A DNA stretch of 40,228 bases, taken from assembly GCA_900551395.1 (NCBI GenBank), contig URVX01000001.1:1-40228 (forward strand). Direction: 5' to 3'. The stretch comes from an uncultured Subdoligranulum sp. Lineage in GTDB: Bacteria; Bacillota; Clostridia; Christensenellales; CAG-314. Below the pieces are notes generated by a model. The model had not been told where the DNA came from, ran no database searches, and saw nothing but the letters and a program-made list of their open reading frames with translations. The translations under genes were made by a program, and so were the position numbers. Below, piece by piece: positions 24,827 to 32,255 of the stretch (its first letter is position 1; each line of letters begins with the position of its first letter).

Positions 24827-24996
24827 AAACCATTTCCCCGACCAACATTATAGTATTCGGAAAAGGAAAATGCAATTATGTGTCGATAAAAAGGAAAAGC
24901 TCTATTATTTTGGAATTTCCGATTTCGAATTTATCTGTACAACAATGACCGGCAAACCTTGTCGTGGTTTAAAATATTAAACTCAAAATCATTAAA

Positions 24997-25025
24997 AAAG
25001 ACGTTTTCCTTTCAAAAACGTCTTT
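24997..25025 (-). terminator. intrinsic terminator after yyaC
   Basis: Stem AAAGACGTTTT / AAAACGTCTTT, followed on the minus strand by a T-run (reverse complement of the A-run 24994-24999). Confidence 0.65.
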
Positions 25026-25044
25026 ACTTTAGTTTTTTTCTGCT

Positions 25045-25551
25045 TTATGCGCTCAAAATTATGCTGTCGGCTATTGTTTCCGCCATTTTTTCTACCAGCA
25101 TAACCCTGTCGGAGTGAGATGAATAAAAATCCTGACACCCGCGCTTGCTCACCACTCCCAAAATGCTTACGTCCCCTACCTGCGGCAGGTTTTTGTTGGT
25201 TGCGGCGCCCGGCATAATTCCTCCCTTGTGTATCTGAACACAGCCGACCTCCTCATTGTCTCCGACCGCTGCATCGATAACTACAATCTGTTTTTCCGGG
25301 TGCATAACTTTTACCATATCATACGCCAAAACAAGATTCTGCGCGTTTACATTGCAGCCCTCATAACCGTAAATCAACAGTGGGCGCTTCATTTTATTCT
25401 GCAGCAAAGTTCCCACTCTGGGTCCCAAACTATCCCCCGTAACATTCTCCGTCCCTATGCACAGCAAAACTATATCCCTCGCAAGCAAAGGCTTCAACTG
25501 ATTGCTTATTTGTTCCGCCGCGTTTTCCCTGTAAATTGTTGTACTTTCCAT
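25045..25551 (-). CDS. yyaC: sporulation protein YyaC-type putative protease
   Basis: IVLLCIGTENVTGDSLGPRVGTLL and VVIDAAVG...GGIMPGAA match the YyaC/GPR-like family, and the position next to parAB is as in Bacillus. I prefer the start at ATG 25551 (MESTTIY), which follows AAGGAG. Confidence 0.7.
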   Translation of the reverse strand: MESTTIYRENAAEQISNQLKPLLARDIVLLCIGTENVTGDSLGPRVGTLLQNKMKRPLLIYGYEGCNVNAQNLVLAYDMVKVMHPEKQIVVIDAAVGDNEEVGCVQIHKGGIMPGAATNKNLPQVGDVSILGVVSKRGCQDFYSSHSDRVMLVEKMAETIADSIILSA

Positions 25552-25691
25552 GCAAGACTCCTTTTTGAAAAAAATTATTCCCACAAAAAGCCCGAATTAT
25601 ACTGCCCTTAAGCATTTTAAAGCATATTTTATCAGAAACGCCGCTTACAATTTTGACGAAAGGTGTAGTTACTTGTTGTTTTTTAAATTTA

Positions 25692-25707
25692 CTTTTCACG
25701 TGAAACA
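25692..25707. promoter_or_regulatory. parS-like site (14/16 to TGTTTCACGTGAAACA)
   Basis: Sequence CTTTTCACGTGAAACA. Confidence 0.6.
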
Positions 25708-25728
25708 CCCTAGCTACAAACGCAATAA

Positions 25729-25744
25729 AGTTTCACGTGAAACA
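25729..25744. promoter_or_regulatory. parS site (15/16)
   Basis: Sequence AGTTTCACGTGAAACA, starting 37 bp after the previous site. Confidence 0.75.
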
Positions 25745-25842
25745 ACAGCCAAAAATCAATCACCGCCTTACAAATTTTTAATTCTATTAAAATATGGCAT
25801 AACGGACAAAAATCGGTACTTTCTGCCGCAAAACACATCTCT

Positions 25843-26565
25843 CTCTAAAACGAGCTGAGACAGAATAGCGTTTTTTTTAATCCAAAAAAATATAATTCCA
25901 TTCTGCCTCACAAAAAATGCCAATAGAGCGCAAACTCAAATCTTGTATCAATCAATTTGGAAAATCGGGTACGCCACATGGCAACGGATATCCGCTCCTT
26001 GCGTTTGCCTTACCAATTGCTTTTGACTTTGTAGAGCTGAGCAAGTTACATATAAAATTATAAATATTTTGAAAATATTAATCATTAATTAAAAAGCTTA
26101 AGTAAGGCAAATTCGGGTTAACTCATAAATTGAATAAAATGGCAAAATACCGGGAGCCGCTCTAAAACGAGCTGAGACAGAATAAGAATTTTTTAAACCC
26201 CAAAAAAATTATGCCATTCTGCCTCACAAAAACGCCAATAGAACGTAAACTCAATCTTAAATCAATCAATTTTAGAAATTTTGGCACGCCACATGCAAGG
26301 AGCAAGCTGCTTACATTTGCCTTTCCAAAGCTTTTGATTTTGTCAAGCAGCAACAGTAAGTTATATTCAAGAAATAATTAAATTTTAAAAGTCGTTAATA
26401 AAAACTTTATAATTAGGGCAAATCCCGGTAACTCACACACATTAAATAAAATGACGAAACGCCGGGCTCTTTAAAGAAAACAGAAAAATTCTCTCTTCTC
26501 AGACAGATTAGTCAAATTTTTTTTCGACGAAAAAACTTCTCATTCTGTCTCAGCTCGTTTTAGAG
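25843..26565. repeat. non-coding structured repeat element: two diverged ~317-bp direct units plus a third hairpin-only unit, with an identical 24-mer in two direct copies and one inverted copy
   Basis: CTCTAAAACGAGCTGAGACAGAAT lies at 25843-25866 and 26160-26183, and its exact reverse complement at 26542-26565. Each copy starts a long A/T-cored hairpin (25857-25909, 26174-26225, 26498-26553). No ORF with an RBS was found. Confidence 0.8.
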
Positions 26566-26613
26566 GGAGGTAAATTTTTATTATTCAATGCCTCGAAATA
26601 CATAAAAAGAGGA

Positions 26614-26629
26614 TGTTTCACGTGAAACA
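26614..26629. promoter_or_regulatory. perfect parS site inside a 28-bp palindrome (26608-26635)
   Basis: TGTTTCACGTGAAACA (16/16), embedded in AGAGGATGTTTCACGTGAAACATCCTCT. Confidence 0.85.
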
Positions 26630-26652
26630 TCCTCTAAAATTCTTCCATGACA

Positions 26653-27423
26653 CTATCGACCGATAAGTCCGAGCAGCCATTCGGAGATTTCCAAAATAAA
26701 GCTTCCGATATTTGTAGTGTATAGCTTCTCGTCGAAAAAGTCAGTAATAAAGGCAACGTCAATAAAGGTTCTGCCCAGATTTATTGCCGAGAATACAACG
26801 GAAATCCAGAAAATTGCCAGAACCGCGCCTAAAACAAGCCCCAAAAGCTTGTCAACCACCTTCAAAACGGATATTTTCGTCACAGCCTTAGTAAAAAGCT
26901 TTTTCAATATAAGCACGACAATCCCCAGCACGATAAACAAAGCTACGCAACAGATTATATTATTTGCTATGCCTGTCATTGCCTGAGGCATTGTTTCCGA
27001 CAAAATGTCGCCGTCCGCAAGATTTTTCGTCAGAGGAGACGCCAGAAAGCTGAGGATTTTAGGTAAACCGAAAGCCGCCAGCGCTTGTTTGACGGCATCC
27101 GGGTTACTGTTCCAGTCCTGCGGAGTCGTCCAAAGCTCCTCCAAACCGTTTTGGGCGACCTTATCCGTCAAAAATCCGTTGATTTTGTCAAAAATCACGC
27201 CGTTGTCGTCAGGCAAAAGCTTTGCAACCACCTTGCACAACAAAATAGAGGCTATCAAAACAACCAGAAAGCCGCAAAGGGCAAACAGCTGTTTGGTAAA
27301 ACCTCGAAACAAGCCAATAAGCGCCGCAAGTACGATTATACCGAGCAGAACCCAATCGTACGTCCCGAAGCTCACATTGCTTAAAAGCAAAGGATTCATA
27401 AATCTATCGAAAATCAGCAGCAT
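26653..27423 (-). CDS. cvpA: CvpA-family membrane protein
   Basis: N-terminal region DWVLLGIIVLAALIGLFRGFTKQLFALCGFLVVLIASILL resembles CvpA. AAGGAG lies 5 nt upstream of the ATG at 27423. At 256 aa it is longer than typical CvpA. Confidence 0.6.
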   Translation of the reverse strand: MLLIFDRFMNPLLLSNVSFGTYDWVLLGIIVLAALIGLFRGFTKQLFALCGFLVVLIASILLCKVVAKLLPDDNGVIFDKINGFLTDKVAQNGLEELWTTPQDWNSNPDAVKQALAAFGLPKILSFLASPLTKNLADGDILSETMPQAMTGIANNIICCVALFIVLGIVVLILKKLFTKAVTKISVLKVVDKLLGLVLGAVLAIFWISVVFSAINLGRTFIDVAFITDFFDEKLYTTNIGSFILEISEWLLGLIGR

Positions 27424-27578
27424 TATTTCTCCTTAAAAATGAACACTTTTTATTTTTGACCTTTGTTATTTTCTACTATATATTAGCACATTATTGCAAA
27501 TTTGTATACATATTTCGCGTCGATATGCAGGTCAGGCATTTTTTATAATAGTTTGTTTTAAATTATTGTCGTATCGGG

Positions 27579-27607
27579 TTGAAAAATACTTTTTATTATG
27601 ATATAAT
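27579..27607 (+). promoter_or_regulatory. candidate parAB promoter
   Basis: TTGAAA (27579-27584), 17 nt, TATAAT (27602-27607). The parS at 27646 lies between this promoter and the parA start. Confidence 0.5.
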
Positions 27608-27645
27608 AATACAAATTTTTCAGTAATAATTTCGTTTCGAAGTTA

Positions 27646-27661
27646 AGTTTCACGTGAAACA
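27646..27661. promoter_or_regulatory. parS site (15/16) in the parA leader
   Basis: Sequence AGTTTCACGTGAAACA. Confidence 0.75.
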
Positions 27662-27702
27662 ATTTGTCGGATTTCGATTTGCAATTTTCAACAGGAGTGT
27701 CT

Positions 27703-28485
27703 ATGGGCAAAATCATTGCATTTTCCAACCAAAAAGGCGGTGTAGGAAAAACTACTACGGCAATCAATCTTGCCGCATACGTAGCTCAGGCGGGAAAGAG
27801 CGTTCTTATTGCGGATATCGACCCGCAGGGCAACGCCACAAGCGGCTTTGGCGTGGAAAAGCACAAGCTGAAAGCCACAATGTACGATTATCTTATGGGC
27901 GAAGCCACCGCGGACGACGTTGTGCTTTCTACGGGAGTGGAAAATATACACATAATTCCCTGCAACGCCGACCTTGTGGGCGCCGAAATAGAGCTTGTTG
28001 ACGCGACGCGCAGAGAGTTCGCCCTTAAAAATTGCCTGCTTCCGTTAAAAGAAATCTACGATTATATTTTCGTTGATTGTCCGCCGTCGCTCGGATTGCT
28101 TACGCTCAACGCATTGACTGCCGCCGACGCAATTTTAATTCCCATTCAAAGCGAATTTTTCGCTCTCGAGGGCTTGAGTCAGCTTATAAACACCATAAAA
28201 ATCGTCAAAACTCGGCTGAATCCGTCTCTTTATATAAACGGCGTGGCGCTCACTATGTACGACAATCGTTCAGTTATCAGCCGTCAGGTGACAGCCGAAA
28301 TTGCAAAATACTTCGGAGACAAGGTTTATCCTACCCCCGTACCGCGAAACGTCAAGCTGGTGGAAGCTCCCAGCTTCGGAAAGCCCGTTTCGCTGCACGC
28401 GCCGAGAAGCAGCGGCGCAACCGCATACAAACTGCTTGCGGATGAATTTTTAAAGAGAGAGGAGAGTCAAAATGGCACAAAATAA
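27703..28485 (+). CDS. parA: chromosome-partitioning ATPase ParA/Soj
   Basis: MGKIIAFSNQKGGVGKTTTAINLAAY (deviant Walker A). ATG 27703 follows AGGAG. The ORF track starts earlier, at a TTG. Confidence 0.9.
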   Translation: MGKIIAFSNQKGGVGKTTTAINLAAYVAQAGKSVLIADIDPQGNATSGFGVEKHKLKATMYDYLMGEATADDVVLSTGVENIHIIPCNADLVGAEIELVDATRREFALKNCLLPLKEIYDYIFVDCPPSLGLLTLNALTAADAILIPIQSEFFALEGLSQLINTIKIVKTRLNPSLYINGVALTMYDNRSVISRQVTAEIAKYFGDKVYPTPVPRNVKLVEAPSFGKPVSLHAPRSSGATAYKLLADEFLKREESQNGTK

Positions 28486-29506
28486 AGGACTCGGCAGAGG
28501 TCTTGCCAGCTTGCTTGGCATGAACGAATTGGACGTCGCCCCGGTAAACACCGATTCAAAAGAGGAAAATATTCCGGTTTCCCGTCCTAAAACAGAGGGC
28601 GCGCAGCCAATAATTTCCGACAAAGGCAAAAAAATGATGAGCATTGTAGACGAAAAAGCCTCAAAGCTCAGCGCTCCCGAACACGTACCGCTCGACCCTT
28701 CCGCACGGATAATCGCAATACAGATTTCCATAAAGGATATCGACCCCAATTACGAGCAGCCGAGAAAACACTTTGACGAAGCCGCTTTAAACGACCTTGC
28801 GGAGTCGATAAAAATGCACGGCGTCATACAGCCCATAGTCGTGGTTCGCATGGGAATGCGGTTTATGATTATCGCGGGCGAAAGAAGATACCGCGCCGCG
28901 AAAATGGCAGGTCTGACAAGCATACCCGCGATAATAAAAAATTATTCCCCGCTGCAAATCAGGGAAATAAGCCTTATCGAAAACCTTCAGAGAGAGGATC
29001 TCAACCCTATAGAAGCCGCCCGCGCCATAAAACAGCTGATGGAGGAGTTCAACATGACTCAGGAAACGGCTGCGGACAGAATAGGTAAAAGCCGCTCGGC
29101 GATTGCAAACACATTAAGACTTCTCACTCTTGACAGCCGCGTCATATCGCTTATCGAGGACGGACGCCTTTCCGCCGGTCACGGCCGCGCTCTGGCAGTC
29201 ATAGACAACGAAACCGAACAATTCAACCTTGCTTCCAAAGCAGCCGACAGCAAGCTTTCCGTCAGAGAAATGGAAAAGCTCGTGCGCGAGCTGCTCAATC
29301 CCAAGCCGGCGCCCGCAAAGCAGCAGGAGGATTGCCCCGAACTCAAAGAGCTGGTACAAAACATGCAGCGCACGTTTGCAACAAAGGTAGGCGCCTTGGG
29401 CAACGGCAGAAAGGGACGCATTTACATAGACTATTATACCAAAGACGATTTGGACAGAATCTGTGAGCTGGTAAAGGATTGGTTAAAAAACAATTTCAAA
29501 ATATAA
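28472..29506 (+). CDS. parB: chromosome-partitioning protein ParB/Spo0J
   Basis: N-terminal GLGRGLASLLG, ParB box IQPIVVVRMGMRFMIIAGERRYRAAKMAG, and HTH region QETAADRIGKSRSAIANTLRLL. It overlaps the parA end by 14 nt. Confidence 0.9.
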   Translation: MAQNKGLGRGLASLLGMNELDVAPVNTDSKEENIPVSRPKTEGAQPIISDKGKKMMSIVDEKASKLSAPEHVPLDPSARIIAIQISIKDIDPNYEQPRKHFDEAALNDLAESIKMHGVIQPIVVVRMGMRFMIIAGERRYRAAKMAGLTSIPAIIKNYSPLQIREISLIENLQREDLNPIEAARAIKQLMEEFNMTQETAADRIGKSRSAIANTLRLLTLDSRVISLIEDGRLSAGHGRALAVIDNETEQFNLASKAADSKLSVREMEKLVRELLNPKPAPAKQQEDCPELKELVQNMQRTFATKVGALGNGRKGRIYIDYYTKDDLDRICELVKDWLKNNFKI

Positions 29507-29514
29507 ATTTTAAG

Positions 29515-29537
29515 GCCGCTTATCAAGCGGCTTTTTT
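29515..29537 (+). terminator. intrinsic terminator after parB
   Basis: Stem GCCGCTT-ATC-AAGCGGC followed by TTTTTT. Confidence 0.75.
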
Positions 29538-30144
29538 GTGCTTCATAAAAAATTTCTTTCGCATTTCTTTACAAGTTCGGTCTGCTTAAACAATTTTCAA
29601 TCGTTGCTTTCGCAATGCGAGCGCCAAGACTGAGTTTTTTGCGGTGACTTTATTCGATTTGACTGTTTTTGTTTTTCGTGCATATCGGAGCGCTTAATAA
29701 TAAAAAATCTGCTATTGACAGGAAATTTGTTCGTAAAAATTGCGGAATTTCAATTTATTTGTTATTTTGTTCCGCCTTTATTTATAATAAAGCTTGCCAA
29801 ACAAGATAAATATCGCATTTTTCTTAATAAATATTTTTTATCTCAAACACCTTTATATTATTGTATTTTTTTCCGCGCATCAATTTCTTTATAGTATCTT
29901 TTTTTATACTTAAATAAATCATCTCGTCGAGCCGAGTCAACTCGTATTCCGACGGAGATAAAAAACAAAAGACGGTAAACAATGTCCGGATAATGACGCG
30001 TTGTCAATCCGGTTCAGTTGATAAGGATAAAAACAGCTTGCTTTGTCAAAAATTCGTTCATTTTTGAAAGCAGCTCCAAAATTCGCACAACCAATTGTCG
30101 GCATTGACTTCAAAGGTAAACAGCTAAATAAAACAAAATTTTAA

Positions 30145-30176
30145 AAGGACGGGGAAATTCTTTCCGTCTTTTTTTG
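30145..30176. terminator. orphan, apparently bidirectional terminator-like hairpin in a gene-free 0.8-kb region
   Basis: AAGGACGG (30145-30152) pairs with CCGTCTTT (30064-30071 offset: 30164-30171), with one G-T pair. It is followed by TTTT on + and by TTTTAAAATTTT on -. No ORF of 60 aa or more ends here on either strand. Confidence 0.45.
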
Positions 30177-30325
30177 CGCTTTTTTACGCCGCTTCAAACA
30201 TGTCTAAATATGTCTTATTTTGAAGTTTGCCGCACAAAAGCTAACAGTTTTATTCACTTGTTGCGAGAAAAAGTGTAATCTTAAAATACAAATAGACAAC
30301 CACACCAAATTTCGGAGATATTTTT

Positions 30326-30775
30326 ATGGACCTTATCAGATCTTTTTCGGAACGCTTCAACGAATTGATAATCTATGCCGAAACAACTCCCAAAAAAATG
30401 AGCGCAGATCTCAATCACAATATTCACGACATTTATCATTGGAAATCCGGCACCGCCCGCTTCATGCCCTCTCTGAAAAATATAATCATGCTCGCCGATT
30501 ATTTCAACTGCTCCATAGAGTTTCTGCTGGGGATAGACGACGAAAATAAGCTGCCTCATCCAAAAAAGCAGCTGCCCGATTTCGGCGCTCATTTTAAAAA
30601 GGTGCTGAAGGAGAAAGGAAGCAATCTTTACAGGCTTTCTCTGCTTGCGGGCTGCAAAAACACAAGCCCTTACTACGATTGGCTAAACGGAAAATCCACG
30701 CCGCGAATTGACAGCCTATACAAAATTTCAAAGGTTCTGGATTGCTCGATAGATTATCTGCTCGGGAGAGAATAA
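30326..30775 (+). CDS. transcriptional regulator with two XRE/Cro-C1-type HTH domains
   Basis: Two similar halves, each ending in the HTH_3 C-terminal pattern: LADYFNCSIEFLLGIDD and ISKVLDCSIDYLLGRE. Confidence 0.7.
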   Translation: MDLIRSFSERFNELIIYAETTPKKMSADLNHNIHDIYHWKSGTARFMPSLKNIIMLADYFNCSIEFLLGIDDENKLPHPKKQLPDFGAHFKKVLKEKGSNLYRLSLLAGCKNTSPYYDWLNGKSTPRIDSLYKISKVLDCSIDYLLGRE

Positions 30776-30777
30776 CA

Positions 30778-30806
30778 AAAGACGGCTTCCGCCGTCTTTC
30801 TTTTTT
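30778..30806. terminator. bidirectional terminator shared by the convergent XRE gene and dnaN
   Basis: AAAGACGGC-TTCC-GCCGTCTTT, followed by CTTTTTT on + and by TTTTGTT on -. Confidence 0.7.
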
Positions 30807-30809
30807 GTT

Positions 30810-31913
30810 TCATGACACCATTCTTACGGGTAGCACGAGATACAGATATTCGTCCGTTTCGCACGGCGTAATTATGCAGGGCGCAACACTCGAAGTGAAA
30901 TTCATCTTTACGAAATCGTTGTCCATTGCTCTCAGGCAATCAGAAATGTACTTTGCGTTGAAAGCTATATTCAAGTCCTTGCCTTTTAAGCTTATGCTTA
31001 CGTTTTCCTTTATGTTTCCAAGCTCAGACTTGCCCGTTATGCAGACGATATTTTCCTTGACTTCGAATTTGACCAGATTGTTTTTCTCTCCGCGACTCAA
31101 CAGACTTGCGCGATCCAAAGCCGCCTCGAACTGCTGCTTGTTTATTATTACGTTTGTCGTAAACTCCTCAGGAATAATCTGACGATAATTTATATATTCT
31201 CCCGAAAGCAGCCTTGTGCTCACCGTCGTGTTTTCCATTTCCACGACAAGCAGATTTTCTTCGACGAAAAGTCTGGCTATCCTGTCTCCGTCTCCCAGCA
31301 GCTTCGACAGCTCGCTCAACGCGCGGCTGGGGATGACGAGACTCATTTTTCCGCACTTTTGCTCCAGCGCCTTTTTTGCCAACGCAAGCCTGTAGCCGTC
31401 AAGCGCAACAACAGTTAAGGTATATTCTTCTATTTCAAACAAGCATCCTTTGAGTATCTGTCTGCTGTCGTCCGTGCTTGCCGAAAACAGAGTTTTTCCG
31501 ATAACGTCTCTCAGCTCGCTTTCGAGGATATGAAAGCCCTTTTCTCTGTTTATCTCGGTTTTGTCGGGATAATCCTCCTTGTCGAGACATTGCAGATACC
31601 CTTCGCTTTCGTTATATCTGATTCTGAGTCTGTTTTTCTCCGTTTCGGAAAGCTCTATCTGTTCGTCCGTCAGCTTTTTGATATAATCCGAGAATATTCT
31701 TCCGGGTACCAGAATTTCTCCTTCCTCGATTATTTCCGCATTTATTTTTAGTTCAACCGAAAACTCGGAATCGGTTGCGTAAAGCGTCAGGGTTTCTCCC
31801 TCCGCAGTGATTTTGATACCTTCAAGCACGGGATTTACCACCCTTTGAGGCAGAGCCTTGCTTACCTTGCTTATAGCATCGCTCAAATCGAGCCCGTCGC
31901 AAATTAACTTCAT
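30810..31913 (-). CDS. dnaN: DNA polymerase III beta sliding clamp
   Basis: 367 aa. MKLICDGLDLSDAISKVSKALPQRVVNPVLEGIKITAEGETLTLYATDSEFS is a typical DnaN N-terminus. GGAGG lies upstream of the ATG at 31913. Confidence 0.9.
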   Translation of the reverse strand: MKLICDGLDLSDAISKVSKALPQRVVNPVLEGIKITAEGETLTLYATDSEFSVELKINAEIIEEGEILVPGRIFSDYIKKLTDEQIELSETEKNRLRIRYNESEGYLQCLDKEDYPDKTEINREKGFHILESELRDVIGKTLFSASTDDSRQILKGCLFEIEEYTLTVVALDGYRLALAKKALEQKCGKMSLVIPSRALSELSKLLGDGDRIARLFVEENLLVVEMENTTVSTRLLSGEYINYRQIIPEEFTTNVIINKQQFEAALDRASLLSRGEKNNLVKFEVKENIVCITGKSELGNIKENVSISLKGKDLNIAFNAKYISDCLRAMDNDFVKMNFTSSVAPCIITPCETDEYLYLVLPVRMVS

Positions 31914-32255
31914 ATTCCTCCGTTTGCGGAAATTTTTCCGTCAGTAAAGTAGATAATATTATTTTTTCTGTTGGTAGTAGTAGTAGTAGTGTATGTAGAA
32001 TTGTGGACAAGCATGACGGCTGTCCGACAAGGATATTATATATTGTTTCCGGAAAAAATGCAAGCACAATATGTTGCGAAGAAAAAAGAAATTGGTCAAA
32101 AACAAGTCTGTGGAACAAAAGTGGAAAGACTCCGAAGAAATTAACAAAGTATACGGTTTTGACTCGGGCAAGCACCGGTCGGAAAGAAATGATTTGACAA
32201 AAACGAGCAATTTGATATAATAACAGAGATTTAAGAGAGAAAATTCGAGGGAAAG
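31914..32255. other. candidate oriC (dnaN/dnaA divergent intergenic region)
   Basis: From left to right: an A+T-rich stretch AGATAATATTATTTTTTCTG (31941-31960); the trinucleotide run TAG x5 then TGT ATG TAG (31965-31988); TGTGGACAA (31992-32000, 8/9 to the DnaA-box complement TGTGGATAA); and TGTGGAACA (32099-32107, 7/9). Gene orientation switches here, with most genes on - to the left and all on + to the right. Confidence 0.65.
32184..32211 (+). promoter_or_regulatory. dnaA promoter
   Basis: TTGACA (32184-32189), 16 nt, TATAAT (32206-32211) with an extended -10 TG at 32203-32204. Confidence 0.55.

Noticed and set aside
25907-26353. Small ORFs inside the repeat units: a 48-codon + strand ORF in unit 1, a 56-codon + strand ORF in unit 2, and the listed minus ORF 26162..26353
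   Set aside because: No Shine-Dalgarno precedes any of them. The ATG of unit 1 is ACG in unit 2. Part of the shared DNA is read in different frames in the two units, and the minus ORF of unit 2 is stopped in unit 1. The in-frame similarity is what is expected from nucleotide similarity alone.
25843-26565. CRISPR or tracrRNA-like interpretation of the 24-mer, whose reverse complement contains GTTTTAGAG, and of an ACCCCAAAAA string in unit 2
   Set aside because: The copies are ~317 bp apart rather than separated by 25-40-nt spacers, and one copy is inverted. The intervening bodies are homologous to each other, so they are not spacers. No cas gene lies in the window. The ACCCC string is absent from unit 1. 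The resemblance to Cas9 or Cas13 repeats is limited to a few nucleotides.
25843-26565. Integron attC site or gene-cassette array
   Set aside because: The hairpin ends do not match the RYYYAAC / GTTRRRY core sites. No intI gene is present and no cassette ORFs lie between the hairpins.
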